Shown here: one piece after another, positions 39,316-49,331 of the stretch | Position numbering within the stretch: the stretch's first letter is position 1 | How the letters are laid out: each line of letters begins with the position of its first letter | NCBI GenBank assembly: GCA_963555815.3 | Contig: CAUVWX020000001.1 | Location: forward strand, 1,344,001-1,408,000 | Length of the DNA: 64,000 bases | Direction of reading: 5' to 3' | Source: a bacterium | GTDB taxonomy: Bacteria; UBA8248; JACPRG01; G963555815 | Made by a program: the position numbers and the translations under genes | The notes under the pieces: model-generated | What the model was told of the DNA's origin: nothing | Database searches by the model: none | What the model saw: only the letters and a program-made list of their open reading frames with translations

Positions 39316-40487
39316 GGTCTCAGACCGCCCTTCTCATTGTCGATATGCAACGGGACCTGGCAGCCCCCGGCGGGGTCCGCTATCACCCGAGGGCCGCGGC
39401 GGTCATTCCGGCCGTCGTCCGCCTTCGAATGGGGGCCCGCCGCCGCCGTTGGCCCGTCGTCTATACACGGCTGGTCCATGAGCGGACGTTTTTTCCTCCC
39501 AAAAGCAGAAAACCCTGGTGCCTGCGAGGGAAGCCCGGAGTTGAGATTGTCCCGGAGCTCAAACCCGCCCGCTCTGAGCTGGTGGTGCGAAAGAGGACGT
39601 ATAACGCCTTTTTCGGCACCGAGCTGGATCAACTCCTGAGAGGGCTCGGGGCCAGGCGTCTTGTCCTGGCTGGCCTCCATTCGCACACCTCGGTCGTCAT
39701 GACGGCCGGTGAGGGGGCGCTCCTTGGCCACGAGATCGTGCTCCCGGTCGACGCCATCGCTGCCCCCACTGAGTTCGACCATCAGGCCGCCCTCCGAGAG
39801 ATTTCCTTCCTCTACCGGGGAACCCTGACCACGACCAGGGATCTTTTGTCGTCGGCAATGGGGAAACCCATTGCGTCGGTCTCTCCCAATCTGGACGTGA
39901 GATTGCCCCGTCCCGCCGTCCGACGCCGGGTCCGCCTCCCAGCGGCCAAAACAGCGCTCATCGTGGTGGACATGCAGAACGATTTTATCCGGAGGGGAGG
40001 GGCTCTGTTTGTGCCCGGCACGCGTCAGACCCTTTTGCCCATCCAGCGCCTCCTCAAGAAGGCGCGGAAGAAGGGGGTGATGACCGTCTTCACCCAGTGC
40101 TGGCATCAGGCTGACGACCCGGAGTTTCAGATCCGGGGCGCCCACGCCCGTGCAGGGACCCCCGGGGCCGAGATTTTCCGCACCCTTTCCCCCCGGCCCC
40201 AAGATATTTTCATCAAAAAGCTCACCTATGACGCCTTTCACGGCACGAGCCTGGACCTCCTTCTCCGCCGTCAGGGGATCCGAAACGTCCTCATTGTGGG
40301 GACGGTCTCCAACATCTGCGTCCTCCACACGGCGGGCAAGGCGAGCCTCTATGGCTACCGGGTCGTGGTGGCCGAGGACGGAGTTTCCTCCCTGATCCCC
40401 TTCGACCAAGCCTTCGCCCTTCGCCAGGTGACCGAGGTCTACAGGGGGACCGTGACCCGGGCGGCCCAGGTGTCCTTTGAGGGGTGA
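39312..40487 (+). CDS. Tandem two-domain isochorismatase/cysteine hydrolase family protein
   Basis: Two TAL..VDMQ.D domains, each with K..Y.AF.GT.LD..LR. Confidence 0.85.
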   Translation: MRSQTALLIVDMQRDLAAPGGVRYHPRAAAVIPAVVRLRMGARRRRWPVVYTRLVHERTFFPPKSRKPWCLRGKPGVEIVPELKPARSELVVRKRTYNAFFGTELDQLLRGLGARRLVLAGLHSHTSVVMTAGEGALLGHEIVLPVDAIAAPTEFDHQAALREISFLYRGTLTTTRDLLSSAMGKPIASVSPNLDVRLPRPAVRRRVRLPAAKTALIVVDMQNDFIRRGGALFVPGTRQTLLPIQRLLKKARKKGVMTVFTQCWHQADDPEFQIRGAHARAGTPGAEIFRTLSPRPQDIFIKKLTYDAFHGTSLDLLLRRQGIRNVLIVGTVSNICVLHTAGKASLYGYRVVVAEDGVSSLIPFDQAFALRQVTEVYRGTVTRAAQVSFEG

Positions 40488-40514
40488 GGGGGCGGAGCGA
40501 CTGAATCCCTTTGA

Positions 40515-41237
40515 TCAGGGCTGTTGGCCGGTGGGCGCCAGGAGAATCTCACGGACGCAGACGTTCTGCGGCTGATTGTAGGCGTAGAGAATCGCGCCGG
40601 CGATGTCCTCGGCCGACAACACGCCGCCGATGCCCTTTTTCCAATCTTCATAGCCTTGCTTGATCTCGTCCGAGGTGGTGTGGCTCAGAAGCTCGGTTTC
40701 CACTGCGCCAGGGGCAATGACCACGAACCGGACGTTATGCTGGGCGACCTCTTCGCGGATGTTCTCTGTGATGGCGTGCACCGCGAATTTGGTGCCGCAA
40801 TAGGCCGCATGGTTCGCTAAAGTCTTTCTGCCGGCGACCGAGCTGATGTTAATGATCGTCCCGTCCCTCCGCTCGATCATCCCTTTTAAGACGACGTGAA
40901 TGCCATTGAGGATCCCTTGAACGTTGACGTCCAGCATTTTTTTCCATTCAGCTGGATTCTGCGTACTGACCTGGCCCAGCAGCATGACACCCGCGTTGTT
41001 CACGAGGCAGCCGACGGGCCCGTGGGTCTCCTCGGTTTTCTTGACAGCCTCTTTGAGGCCCTCAAGATCGGTCACGTCAACCTTCGCACAAATCGCCTTC
41101 GGCAGATTCAGCGCTTCGAGACGTTTAGCACGACGCGCTAACAGCAGAAGGGGATGACCCTGTTCAGAGAATTTCTGAGCGGCCGCAGCCCCAATGCCGG
41201 AGCTCGCGCCTGTGATGGCGACTAGCGGTTTCGCCAT
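40515..41237 (-). CDS. SDR family oxidoreductase
   Basis: ITGASSGIG, NNAG and YCGTK motifs. Confidence 0.92.
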   Translation of the reverse strand: MAKPLVAITGASSGIGAAAAQKFSEQGHPLLLLARRAKRLEALNLPKAICAKVDVTDLEGLKEAVKKTEETHGPVGCLVNNAGVMLLGQVSTQNPAEWKKMLDVNVQGILNGIHVVLKGMIERRDGTIINISSVAGRKTLANHAAYCGTKFAVHAITENIREEVAQHNVRFVVIAPGAVETELLSHTTSDEIKQGYEDWKKGIGGVLSAEDIAGAILYAYNQPQNVCVREILLAPTGQQP

Positions 41238-41367
41238 TTTTGTCTCCCCTTTTCAGGCTGATGTGAGAATCTTCGGCCCGACAGATCTGCCCCGGAATGG
41301 CGATAGCCCTAGACGTGCTCGTCATGCGTGGGCCCTCTGCCCGAAACGGAGGAAATCACGGACGTCT

Positions 41368-41676
<309 letters not shown>

Positions 41677-41735
41677 CTATCTTATCTTCCAGATAGAAGA
41701 GAAAGAGGGGCCACCCTTCAGCAGGGGCTGGCGCC

Positions 41736-41765
41736 TTGACAAAGCCCCTGGGGGGAGGATAAAAA
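41736..41765 (+). promoter_or_regulatory. Sigma70-type promoter for tRNA-Arg-tadA
   Basis: TTGACA-18 nt-TAAAAA upstream of the tRNA. Confidence 0.45.
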
Positions 41766-41816
41766 AAGGTCATCTCAACCATCCTACTGCAATTTCTGGA
41801 TAAGTCTCTACGCGTT

Positions 41817-41894
41817 GCGCCCTTAGCTCAGCATGGATAGAGCGACGGACTACGGATCCGTAGGTCAGAGGTTCGAATCCTCTAGGGCGCGCCA
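41817..41894 (+). tRNA. tRNA-Arg(ACG)
   Basis: GCGCCCT/AGGGCGC acceptor stem, ACGGA-CTACGGA-TCCGT anticodon arm, GGTTCGAATCC, CCA end. Confidence 0.95.
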
Positions 41895-42418
41895 TGAAAT
41901 TCGGGGGTTCGTCGGTGGCCCTTTGTAGCGAGCTGAAGAAGGCTGTTTCTTCTTGGACCTCGGACGACAAGCGCTGGATGGTTTGGGCCCTTGTCTTGGC
42001 AGAGGAGGCCTTTCGTGCGGAGGAGGTCCCGGTGGGCGCTGTGGTCGTCATGGGGGGGCGTGTCGTCGGCGAGGCCCGAAACGAGGTGGAGGGCCTGAAA
42101 GACCCAACGGCCCACGCGGAGATTCTGGCCCTTCGCCGGGCGTCAAAGGCCGTCGGCCAAGAACGGCTGACAGGGGCTTCTCTTTACGTGACACTGGAAC
42201 CCTGCGCTATGTGCGCCGGTGCCCTCATCTGGGCGCGGGCGGAGCGCCTCATCTTCGGTGCCCGAGACGAGAAGGCCGGCTGTGCAGGGAGTCTCTATAA
42301 CCTCCCCCGGGACTCTCGTTTCAATCACCGGCTGGAGGTCCAGGGGGGGCTGATGGCGGAGAAGGGAATAAAACTCCTTCAGACTTTCTTCCAAGAGCGC
42401 CGCAGCGTGTCGCGTTGA
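41894..42418 (+). CDS. tadA: tRNA adenosine(34) deaminase TadA (start uncertain)
   Basis: EVPVGAV, DPTAHAE, LYVTLEPCAMCAGA and FNH motifs. Confidence 0.93.
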   Translation: MKFGGSSVALCSELKKAVSSWTSDDKRWMVWALVLAEEAFRAEEVPVGAVVVMGGRVVGEARNEVEGLKDPTAHAEILALRRASKAVGQERLTGASLYVTLEPCAMCAGALIWARAERLIFGARDEKAGCAGSLYNLPRDSRFNHRLEVQGGLMAEKGIKLLQTFFQERRSVSR

Positions 42419-42475
42419 GTGTTCTTATCCTCTTTCTTTTCGTCAAAAAGCGGTGTCAGCCTTACGGCGAGTGTC

Positions 42476-43747
42476 TCAAGGCAAATACAACCTGAGGTCT
42501 GGAATGGTCCCGGCGACAGAGAACCAGAAAGCCCGTCTTGAAGGGAGGGGTTCCAGACGGGAGCCCTGAAGCGGACCGCTCACCGCCTGGCCCGAAAAGT
42601 CCCACGTGCTTTCGGTTTCCCGGTCCATAAATTTGCCGTCCTTGAATTGGAAGGTCAGTGGCTTGTCGTCAACCACCGCGGAATAAGCGAATCCGGCAGA
42701 CTCCAGGGAGAATATCACCACCGGCTGATCTCCCACCTTGTCGTTCACCGCATTTTCCCCAATGAGGCCGATAGGATAGGCCTTGATGCCGGAATTCACC
42801 TCTGCCGTGATGACGACCTCACCGGCCCGAAGTCGGCTGTCCAGCTTGTCCTGGGAGATAGGGAAGGCGAAGCGTCCCTGGTTTAGTGAATCCGAATACC
42901 CGACAAAGGGGTCAAGGGCGAGGCGCCGACTGAAACCATCTCCATCGTCACCCACGAGCAAGCGGGTGTCTGGGTAAACGCGCTTCCACTCTCCCCAGCT
43001 CACCGTCGTGGATGGTAGGAGCGTGAGGCGCTTCCCCGTCAGCTCCCCGACAATCGCCTCGCCTCCCACCTGGAACCAGTAGGAACCCGTCTCGTGGTCG
43101 TACATGACGAGGTCCGAATGGTAGAGGGCGCTGGTGTTTCCGAAGAGCAGCGTTTTTCCTTCGAGGTTCCGGCTGTAGACGGCGCCGCTGCCACAGAGGG
43201 GGCAATAGCTGACCAGGATGGGGACGCCGTCAATCTCGTCGTTCACCAGCTCGCGGAAGTTCAGGGGCTTGATGGGGTAAGCGTAAGCACCGCTCTTGGA
43301 CGTAAAGCCGATCACCAGATCATCATCCTTGAGCCAACTCAAGCCGCCCTTGTCGCCGTAGTCGGGGTTGTAGATGGGCTTGATGGCGTCCCTCAGGCGG
43401 CGGATCACGCGCTCAGAGGCCTCGGGGAGCCTCACGAATCTCCCGTCAAAGGTGTCAAACACAACTTGGTCGAGAGCAACACCAAACTTCGTCATGTCTA
43501 GTTTGGGTACTGCATCCAAGTCGACGTCGACGCCTGCAACCTGAAAGATGGGATTGGCAGCAGGAATCTCATTCACCCTCGATATCAGGGCTGCGAGGAG
43601 AAGTGCCCCCAGGCCCAGCCCTGCGTACTTGAAGACAGCGCCTGAGATGCGAAAACGACCAGGCCGTTTGAACCGGCGAAGTCTTGCTGTGACAAAGCGC
43701 CAGCCACCGGGCTTCCAGGTCAACCGGGAAAGGGGATCCCTATCCAT
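42476..43747 (-). CDS. DUF3179 domain-containing protein (start uncertain)
   Basis: DAIKPI, AYP…ELVND, SYCPLCGSG, LVMYD.ETGSYW.Q, D.ET.STW and FWF motifs. Confidence 0.8.
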   Translation of the reverse strand: MDRDPLSRLTWKPGGWRFVTARLRRFKRPGRFRISGAVFKYAGLGLGALLLAALISRVNEIPAANPIFQVAGVDVDLDAVPKLDMTKFGVALDQVVFDTFDGRFVRLPEASERVIRRLRDAIKPIYNPDYGDKGGLSWLKDDDLVIGFTSKSGAYAYPIKPLNFRELVNDEIDGVPILVSYCPLCGSGAVYSRNLEGKTLLFGNTSALYHSDLVMYDHETGSYWFQVGGEAIVGELTGKRLTLLPSTTVSWGEWKRVYPDTRLLVGDDGDGFSRRLALDPFVGYSDSLNQGRFAFPISQDKLDSRLRAGEVVITAEVNSGIKAYPIGLIGENAVNDKVGDQPVVIFSLESAGFAYSAVVDDKPLTFQFKDGKFMDRETESTWDFSGQAVSGPLQGSRLEPLPSRRAFWFSVAGTIPDLRLYLP

Positions 43748-44934
43748 CAGATGGCGCCCTCCGCCCTCAACTTTTCGATCCTGGCCGGGTCGTAACCAAG
43801 AAGCCCCTGGAGGACTTCCTGCGTATGCTCCCCCAGGACTGGGGGAGGTGTCCGGATCTCAGCGGGGGTATCCGTGAATTTCACGGGGAGGCCCACGAGG
43901 CGGATCCGACCGGCCCTGGGGTGGTCGATTTCTTCGACCATCTTCCGGTGGAGGACCTGGGGGTCCTGAAAGACCCGGTCGAGGGTATTGACGGGGCCGC
44001 AGGGGACCCCGGCCGAAGAGAGGATCTGGAACCACTCCGCCGCTGTCTTTGTCTTCAGCCTCTCTTGGAGGATCTCCTCCAAAGCGTCTCGGTGCTTCAC
44101 CCGGTCGGGATTGGTCTTAAAGCGAGTGTCCTCGGCCAACTCGGGAATGTCCAGGACGTTGCAGAGCTTTCGGAAAAGCTCGTCATTTCCCGCCCCGACC
44201 GTGACATAGATATCTTTGGCCTTGAAAGCCTGATAGGGAACGATGGAGGGGTGGTGGCTTCCCGCGCGTTGGGGGATTATCCCGGCCAGGAGGTAGTTGC
44301 TCGCTTGATTGATGAGGACAGAGACCTGGGTCTCGAGGAGGGAGAGGTCGATCCTTTGTCCCTTTCCCGTCTTCTCTCTGGCATAGAGGGCCGCCGAGAT
44401 GGCCCCCTGGGCCATGATCCCGGTCGACACGTCGGTGACAGCGACGCCCACCTTGCAGGGCGGTCGGTCTTTCTCGCCCGTGATGCCCATGAGCCCGCCC
44501 AGGGCCGAGATAATGACGTCGTAGCCGGGATAATTCCGATAAGGCCCTGTCGGTCCGAAGGCGGAGATGGAGCAGTAGATGAGGCGGGGGTTCATGGCCG
44601 AAAGGGCCTGATACCCCAGCCCGAGTCTTTCCAGGGTGTCTGGCCTGAAATTCTCGACAAAGACATCTGAGCGCCTGGCCAATTCCAGGGCGATCTTTAG
44701 CCCCTCCGGATGCTTGAGGTTCAGACTGAGGCTCTTTTTGTTCCGGTTAAGGCTGAGGAAATAGGCACTCTCCCCTTCGATGAAGGGGGGCCCCCACTGG
44801 CGGGTGTCATCTCCCCGTTCCGGACGCTCCACCTTGATGACCTCCGCCCCCAGGTCTCCAAGGAGCATGGTGCAGTAAGGGCCGGTCGCCGCCTGGGATA
44901 GGTCCAGGACGCGGATGCCTTCAAGCGGTCCCAA
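43747..44934 (-). CDS. Family III CoA-transferase (CaiB/BaiF)
   Basis: PLEGIRVLDL, LGAEVIKVE, NRNKKS, ENFRP and VAVTD motifs. Confidence 0.93.
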   Translation of the reverse strand: MGPLEGIRVLDLSQAATGPYCTMLLGDLGAEVIKVERPERGDDTRQWGPPFIEGESAYFLSLNRNKKSLSLNLKHPEGLKIALELARRSDVFVENFRPDTLERLGLGYQALSAMNPRLIYCSISAFGPTGPYRNYPGYDVIISALGGLMGITGEKDRPPCKVGVAVTDVSTGIMAQGAISAALYAREKTGKGQRIDLSLLETQVSVLINQASNYLLAGIIPQRAGSHHPSIVPYQAFKAKDIYVTVGAGNDELFRKLCNVLDIPELAEDTRFKTNPDRVKHRDALEEILQERLKTKTAAEWFQILSSAGVPCGPVNTLDRVFQDPQVLHRKMVEEIDHPRAGRIRLVGLPVKFTDTPAEIRTPPPVLGEHTQEVLQGLLGYDPARIEKLRAEGAI

Positions 44935-45157
44935 CGGCCCTCCTTGCCGGATAGGGGACTATGCCCGGCAGATGTGCAAGGCTGGACGGCTACGTTCTGA
45001 ATCCAAAGCGACCTCCTCTCCGGACGTTCACCCTGGGGGTCGAGTGGATCGCCACCATAGTAACAGGGGACGTAAAATCAGAAAGATATAAAAATACATA
45101 AAACAAAAAATCGTATAGAATCAATAAGTTCCATATTATCTTGAGGGGAGGCCGCAA

Positions 45158-46555
45158 ATGACCGACGAGCCGCTCTATTATCTCGAGATTGCAGAGGCGG
45201 CCGCGCGCATCGAAAAGAAGGCGCTTTCGCCTATCGAACTGACCCGCGCGGTGCTTGATCGAATCGACGAGAAGGATGGTGAGGTCAAGGCCTTCGTGAC
45301 GTTATTGCGGGATCAGGCCCTTTCGGATGCGGAGGCCGCCGAAAAGCGGGTGCAGGTTGGAGAATACCGGGGGCCGCTCGACGGAATCCCCATAGCCATC
45401 AAGGATATCTACAATACGGCCGGCGTGCGCACGACCTCATGCTCCAAGGTGCGCGAAAGCTTTGTGCCCGACCAGGATGCCACAACAGTGGCTAAGCTCC
45501 GCGCGGCGGGCGTGGTCATCCTCGGGAAGGTCGCAACCTACGAATTCGCCGTCGGCTTCGATGCGCCGCCGGCTGGCAATCCGTGGAACACCGACCACAC
45601 CCCATCGGGTTCGAGCGGCGGATCCTGTGCGGCGCTCGCGGCCGGTTTCTGCCTCGGTGCGACCGGCAGCGATACGGGCGGATCGATCCGCGCGCCGGCG
45701 GCGGCTTGTGGTGTGTCTGGCATCAAGCCAACCTATGGTCGCGCGAGCAAGCATGGGGTGACCGTGTTGAGCTGGAGTCTGGATCACACCGGGCCTTTGA
45801 CGCGATCGGCACGGGACCTTGCCTTGATGCTCAACGTCATGGCTGGCCACGATCCGCTTGATCAGACAACGATCGACGTGCCTGTACCGGACTATTCGGC
45901 GGCATTGAATGGGGACATCGCCGGCGTCAGGGTTGGCGTGCCACAAAATTACTTCTTCGAGCAAGTGAATCCGGCCGTTGAGGAAATTGTACGCGCCGCT
46001 ATTAGCCAGCTTGAATCGCAGGGCGCCCAGCTGCTGGACGTGACTATTGGCAATCTCGATAACCTTGTGGAGAGTTTTCTAAGTATCGTGCAATCCGAGG
46101 CGGCAGCCTACCATCTGGAAACGTTCAAGACACACGCAGGCGCATACAACGATGATAATCGCCTCTACCTCGAACAAGGGCAGCTCATTCTTGCAACAAC
46201 CTATGTCAATGCCCTGCGGTCAAGGGAAGTGATTCGCGATAGCTTCCGGGAGGCATTTGCCGATATTGATGTCATGGTGACGCCAGGGTTGCCCGTAACG
46301 GCGCCGCGCAAGGATCAGGAGACCTATTCCTGGCCGGAGGGGGAGGAGCCGGTCTTCCGCGCCCATGCACGGCTCAATTGCCCCTTTAATCTGTCGGGAC
46401 TGCCGGGCGCCACTGTTCCCTGCGGTTTCGCGCCTGACGGACTTCCGGTGGGTATACAGATCGTAGGCAAACCGTTCGAGGAAGGCATGGTCCTGCGCGT
46501 CGCTGACGCCTATCAGCAAGCAACGGACTGGCACAGGAGGCGGCCATCTCTCTGA
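45158..46555 (+). CDS. Amidase signature family enzyme
   Basis: GIPIAIKD, SGSSGGS and GSDTGGSIR (Lys/cis-Ser/Ser triad motifs). Confidence 0.92.
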   Translation: MTDEPLYYLEIAEAAARIEKKALSPIELTRAVLDRIDEKDGEVKAFVTLLRDQALSDAEAAEKRVQVGEYRGPLDGIPIAIKDIYNTAGVRTTSCSKVRESFVPDQDATTVAKLRAAGVVILGKVATYEFAVGFDAPPAGNPWNTDHTPSGSSGGSCAALAAGFCLGATGSDTGGSIRAPAAACGVSGIKPTYGRASKHGVTVLSWSLDHTGPLTRSARDLALMLNVMAGHDPLDQTTIDVPVPDYSAALNGDIAGVRVGVPQNYFFEQVNPAVEEIVRAAISQLESQGAQLLDVTIGNLDNLVESFLSIVQSEAAAYHLETFKTHAGAYNDDNRLYLEQGQLILATTYVNALRSREVIRDSFREAFADIDVMVTPGLPVTAPRKDQETYSWPEGEEPVFRAHARLNCPFNLSGLPGATVPCGFAPDGLPVGIQIVGKPFEEGMVLRVADAYQQATDWHRRRPSL

Positions 46556-46653
46556 TCGCTCGGCTTATGGGACCGGGCTCTTATCGGCGTCCGGCCCCGG
46601 TGGCGCCCCGGGCCGGAGCGAATTAATCGGACAAGACTCCAGAGGAGGCCGCG

Positions 46654-47715
46654 ATGGATATGGAACAGCGGATCAAGGTCTGCGCCGCGCATGTGGCGCC
46701 TGTGTTTCTCGACGCGGTCGCCACGGTCTCCAAGGCCTGCAAACTTATCGGTGAGGCTGCGGCAAATGGTGCCCGCCTGATCGCCTTTCCCGAATCCTAT
46801 GTGCCGGGCTTTCCCGTATGGGCCGCACTGCGCGCGCCGATCCATAATCATGAATACTTCAAGGCGATAGCCCGGCAATCCATTGAGGTGCCGGGCCCGC
46901 TTACGGACCAGCTCTGCAATGCCGCCAGGCGACACCAGGTCTTCGTGTCCGTCGGGATCAGCGAGGGCACACGCGCAAGTGTCGGCTGCCTGTGGAATTC
47001 CAACCTGCTGATCGGCGAGGACGGGTCGATCCTGAACCATCACCGCAAAATCGTCCCGACGTTCTACGAAAAGCTCATCTGGGCCAACGGAGATGGGGCA
47101 GGCCTTCGGGTCGTGGAGACGGCGATCGGGCGGCTCGGCATGCTGATCTGCGGCGAGAACACCAATCCGCTGGCGCGCTACGCGCTCATGGCGCAAGGCG
47201 AGCAAATCCACGTCTCGTCCTATCCGCCGGTCTGGCCGACCCGCGATCCGTCCGAGGGCGGCAACTATGATTTTGCCGCCGCGATTCGTATTCGGGCCGG
47301 TGCCCATTCCTTCGAAGGCAAATTGTTCAATGTCGTCGCCTCCACTTTTCTGGATGTGGGAACGCTGCGAGCGCTGGAACCGGCGGGAGCTGATGCCCTA
47401 CGAATTCTACGCGAGACGCCGCGGGGAATATCGGTCGTTATCGGGCCGTCCGGACTACCGGTCAGCGATACGCTGTGCGATGACGAGGGTCTCTTGTACC
47501 ACGACGTCGATCTTGGAGATTGTGTGGAGCCGAAGCAGTTCCACGATGTCGTCGGCTCTTATAACCGGTTCGACATCTTCAAGCTGACGGTCAACCCCTC
47601 GGCCAACATGCCGTTGAGCTACGACGACACGGCAAGCACCCGCCCGGTCTCCTTCGATCCGCCGCTGGAGGAGGAAGCGACGGCGGGCCGTGTCGATAAT
47701 CTGATCGGGTCCTAA
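46654..47715 (+). CDS. Nitrilase (carbon-nitrogen hydrolase)
   Basis: AFPE, HHRKIVPT and LICGENTNPLAR (Glu-Lys-Cys triad). Confidence 0.92.
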   Translation: MDMEQRIKVCAAHVAPVFLDAVATVSKACKLIGEAAANGARLIAFPESYVPGFPVWAALRAPIHNHEYFKAIARQSIEVPGPLTDQLCNAARRHQVFVSVGISEGTRASVGCLWNSNLLIGEDGSILNHHRKIVPTFYEKLIWANGDGAGLRVVETAIGRLGMLICGENTNPLARYALMAQGEQIHVSSYPPVWPTRDPSEGGNYDFAAAIRIRAGAHSFEGKLFNVVASTFLDVGTLRALEPAGADALRILRETPRGISVVIGPSGLPVSDTLCDDEGLLYHDVDLGDCVEPKQFHDVVGSYNRFDIFKLTVNPSANMPLSYDDTASTRPVSFDPPLEEEATAGRVDNLIGS

Positions 47716-47775
47716 GCGCAAAAGAGGCGCCGTCAAGTTTTAGTTTAAGTTCTATAACCCAGGGAGGAAGGGGAA

Positions 47776-48615
47776 ATGGAAGAGACATGGGTGCCCGTAC
47801 CGACCGAAGACGACATCAGGAAATCCGAGGAAGGCAAGTCGAACTTTATCGGACCTGAAGGCCAGCAACCTCCGGCTACGCTTGAAATGCCGGGCGGAGG
47901 AAAAAGTCCTCAGAAAACCTGGGCCTCTTTCACTTATGTCCCCGCGCCGCCGATAATCGATATGCGGAGCTGGAGGTTTGAAACGTACGGACTCGTAAAT
48001 GAACCCCTAAGCCTTACTTACGACGAGTTCAAGAAACTCCCGATGATGACTAGCACTGAAAATCACACCTGCATTGATCAGGTCTATGCGCCGGGTCATG
48101 AGTTTGGAGGCGTTGATTTCAAGACGATTGTAGAGCTCACGAAGCCTGACTCTGACTGCAAATGGATCCTGTACGAATGCAACGGCGGATACACGATAAG
48201 TCATTCGATCCTCCGAAGCATGATGTTGGTGTACACGCGGCATGGAGAGCCACTCGACCCAGCCCATGGATACCCCCTAAGGGCCTGGATTCCCGCAGAG
48301 TGGGGATTCAAGAATCCGAAATGGGTAACGAGGATCAAGTTCTGCGAAGAGCGGGAGCCGGATTTTTGGATGGCGTGGATGAAGCAGAAGGGTATCGACT
48401 TGGAGGTTCTGGCGGGCGGCTACGATACGAATGTCTCATCCGGTGTTGATTTTGACACAATCGAGAAGTTCAACAACTTCATGTACCTAAATTGGCAGAA
48501 AGAGATGCGCCAGAATATTTTGGGGCCCAGAGGAAGGGGGCAATCGATGCACCGTGCGCCAATCATAATCGGCGACGATACCTGGAATGGCGAAAACTTC
48601 AAGTACACGATGTGA
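47776..48615 (+). CDS. Sulfite-oxidase-fold molybdopterin-binding oxidoreductase (YuiH-like, divergent)
   Basis: W.F..YGLV.EP..LTYDEF..LP, HTC (candidate Mo-ligating Cys), GEPLDPAHGYPLR and GFKNPKWV motifs. Confidence 0.82.
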   Translation: MEETWVPVPTEDDIRKSEEGKSNFIGPEGQQPPATLEMPGGGKSPQKTWASFTYVPAPPIIDMRSWRFETYGLVNEPLSLTYDEFKKLPMMTSTENHTCIDQVYAPGHEFGGVDFKTIVELTKPDSDCKWILYECNGGYTISHSILRSMMLVYTRHGEPLDPAHGYPLRAWIPAEWGFKNPKWVTRIKFCEEREPDFWMAWMKQKGIDLEVLAGGYDTNVSSGVDFDTIEKFNNFMYLNWQKEMRQNILGPRGRGQSMHRAPIIIGDDTWNGENFKYTM

Positions 48616-48643
48616 TGACCAACTGTCCAGGGAGGGACTCACG

Positions 48644-49060
48644 ATGACGGTTGAAGGGCCAAAGAAGTGGTATTTTGCTTGCAAGGCAAGCCAGATTGCC
48701 GAAGACCGCCAAAAAATGCAAGTTCACGTATTTAATACAGAAGTGCTTATCATAAACGCTGGCGGCGCTTACCATGCGATGGAGCCATGGTGTCCTCATA
48801 ACGCGACGCCACTGGTTCATGGGCACGTGAAGAAGGATCCTGAGTCGCTGACTCTGGTCTGCGCCGAACATGCAATGCAGATCGATATAAAAACGGGGAA
48901 AAACCTATGCGGCCCATACGGGTCCGAGAGCGGGCATTTGGGACAAGTCTGGACGTATCCGACTAAGGTTGAAAATGGAAGAATTTATGTTCGGCTAAAG
49001 AAAGACTCCGAAAAAGAAGAGCATTACAGGAACTTAGAGATTCCTTTTAAAGCGCAGTAA
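48644..49060 (+). CDS. Rieske [2Fe-2S] protein
   Basis: CPH…VCAEH…DIKTG and TYPTKVENGRIYV motifs. ATG 48644 follows GGAGG. Confidence 0.82.
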   Translation: MTVEGPKKWYFACKASQIAEDRQKMQVHVFNTEVLIINAGGAYHAMEPWCPHNATPLVHGHVKKDPESLTLVCAEHAMQIDIKTGKNLCGPYGSESGHLGQVWTYPTKVENGRIYVRLKKDSEKEEHYRNLEIPFKAQ

Positions 49061-49240
49061 GGCATTGTCAGATTAACAGGGCATGAGCTGGCTGATCGGA
49101 AGCGTCCCCCCGTGTCCCCCTTCGCTCACCTTTCGTCACCTTGCATCAACCTCGTTTCTTTACAGCCAAGCTCTCCATCTCCTGTAAAGAAAAGGGGTTG
49201 CGTGGCTTACGGTGCGTGATATCTTGATCCGTAGACTGAC

Positions 49241-49331
<91 letters not shown>

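Noticed and set aside
45067..45073. GGGGACG as an attR copy of the tRNA-Glu 3' end
   Set aside because: Only 7 bp of identity, which is expected by chance, and the intervening DNA contains core genes.
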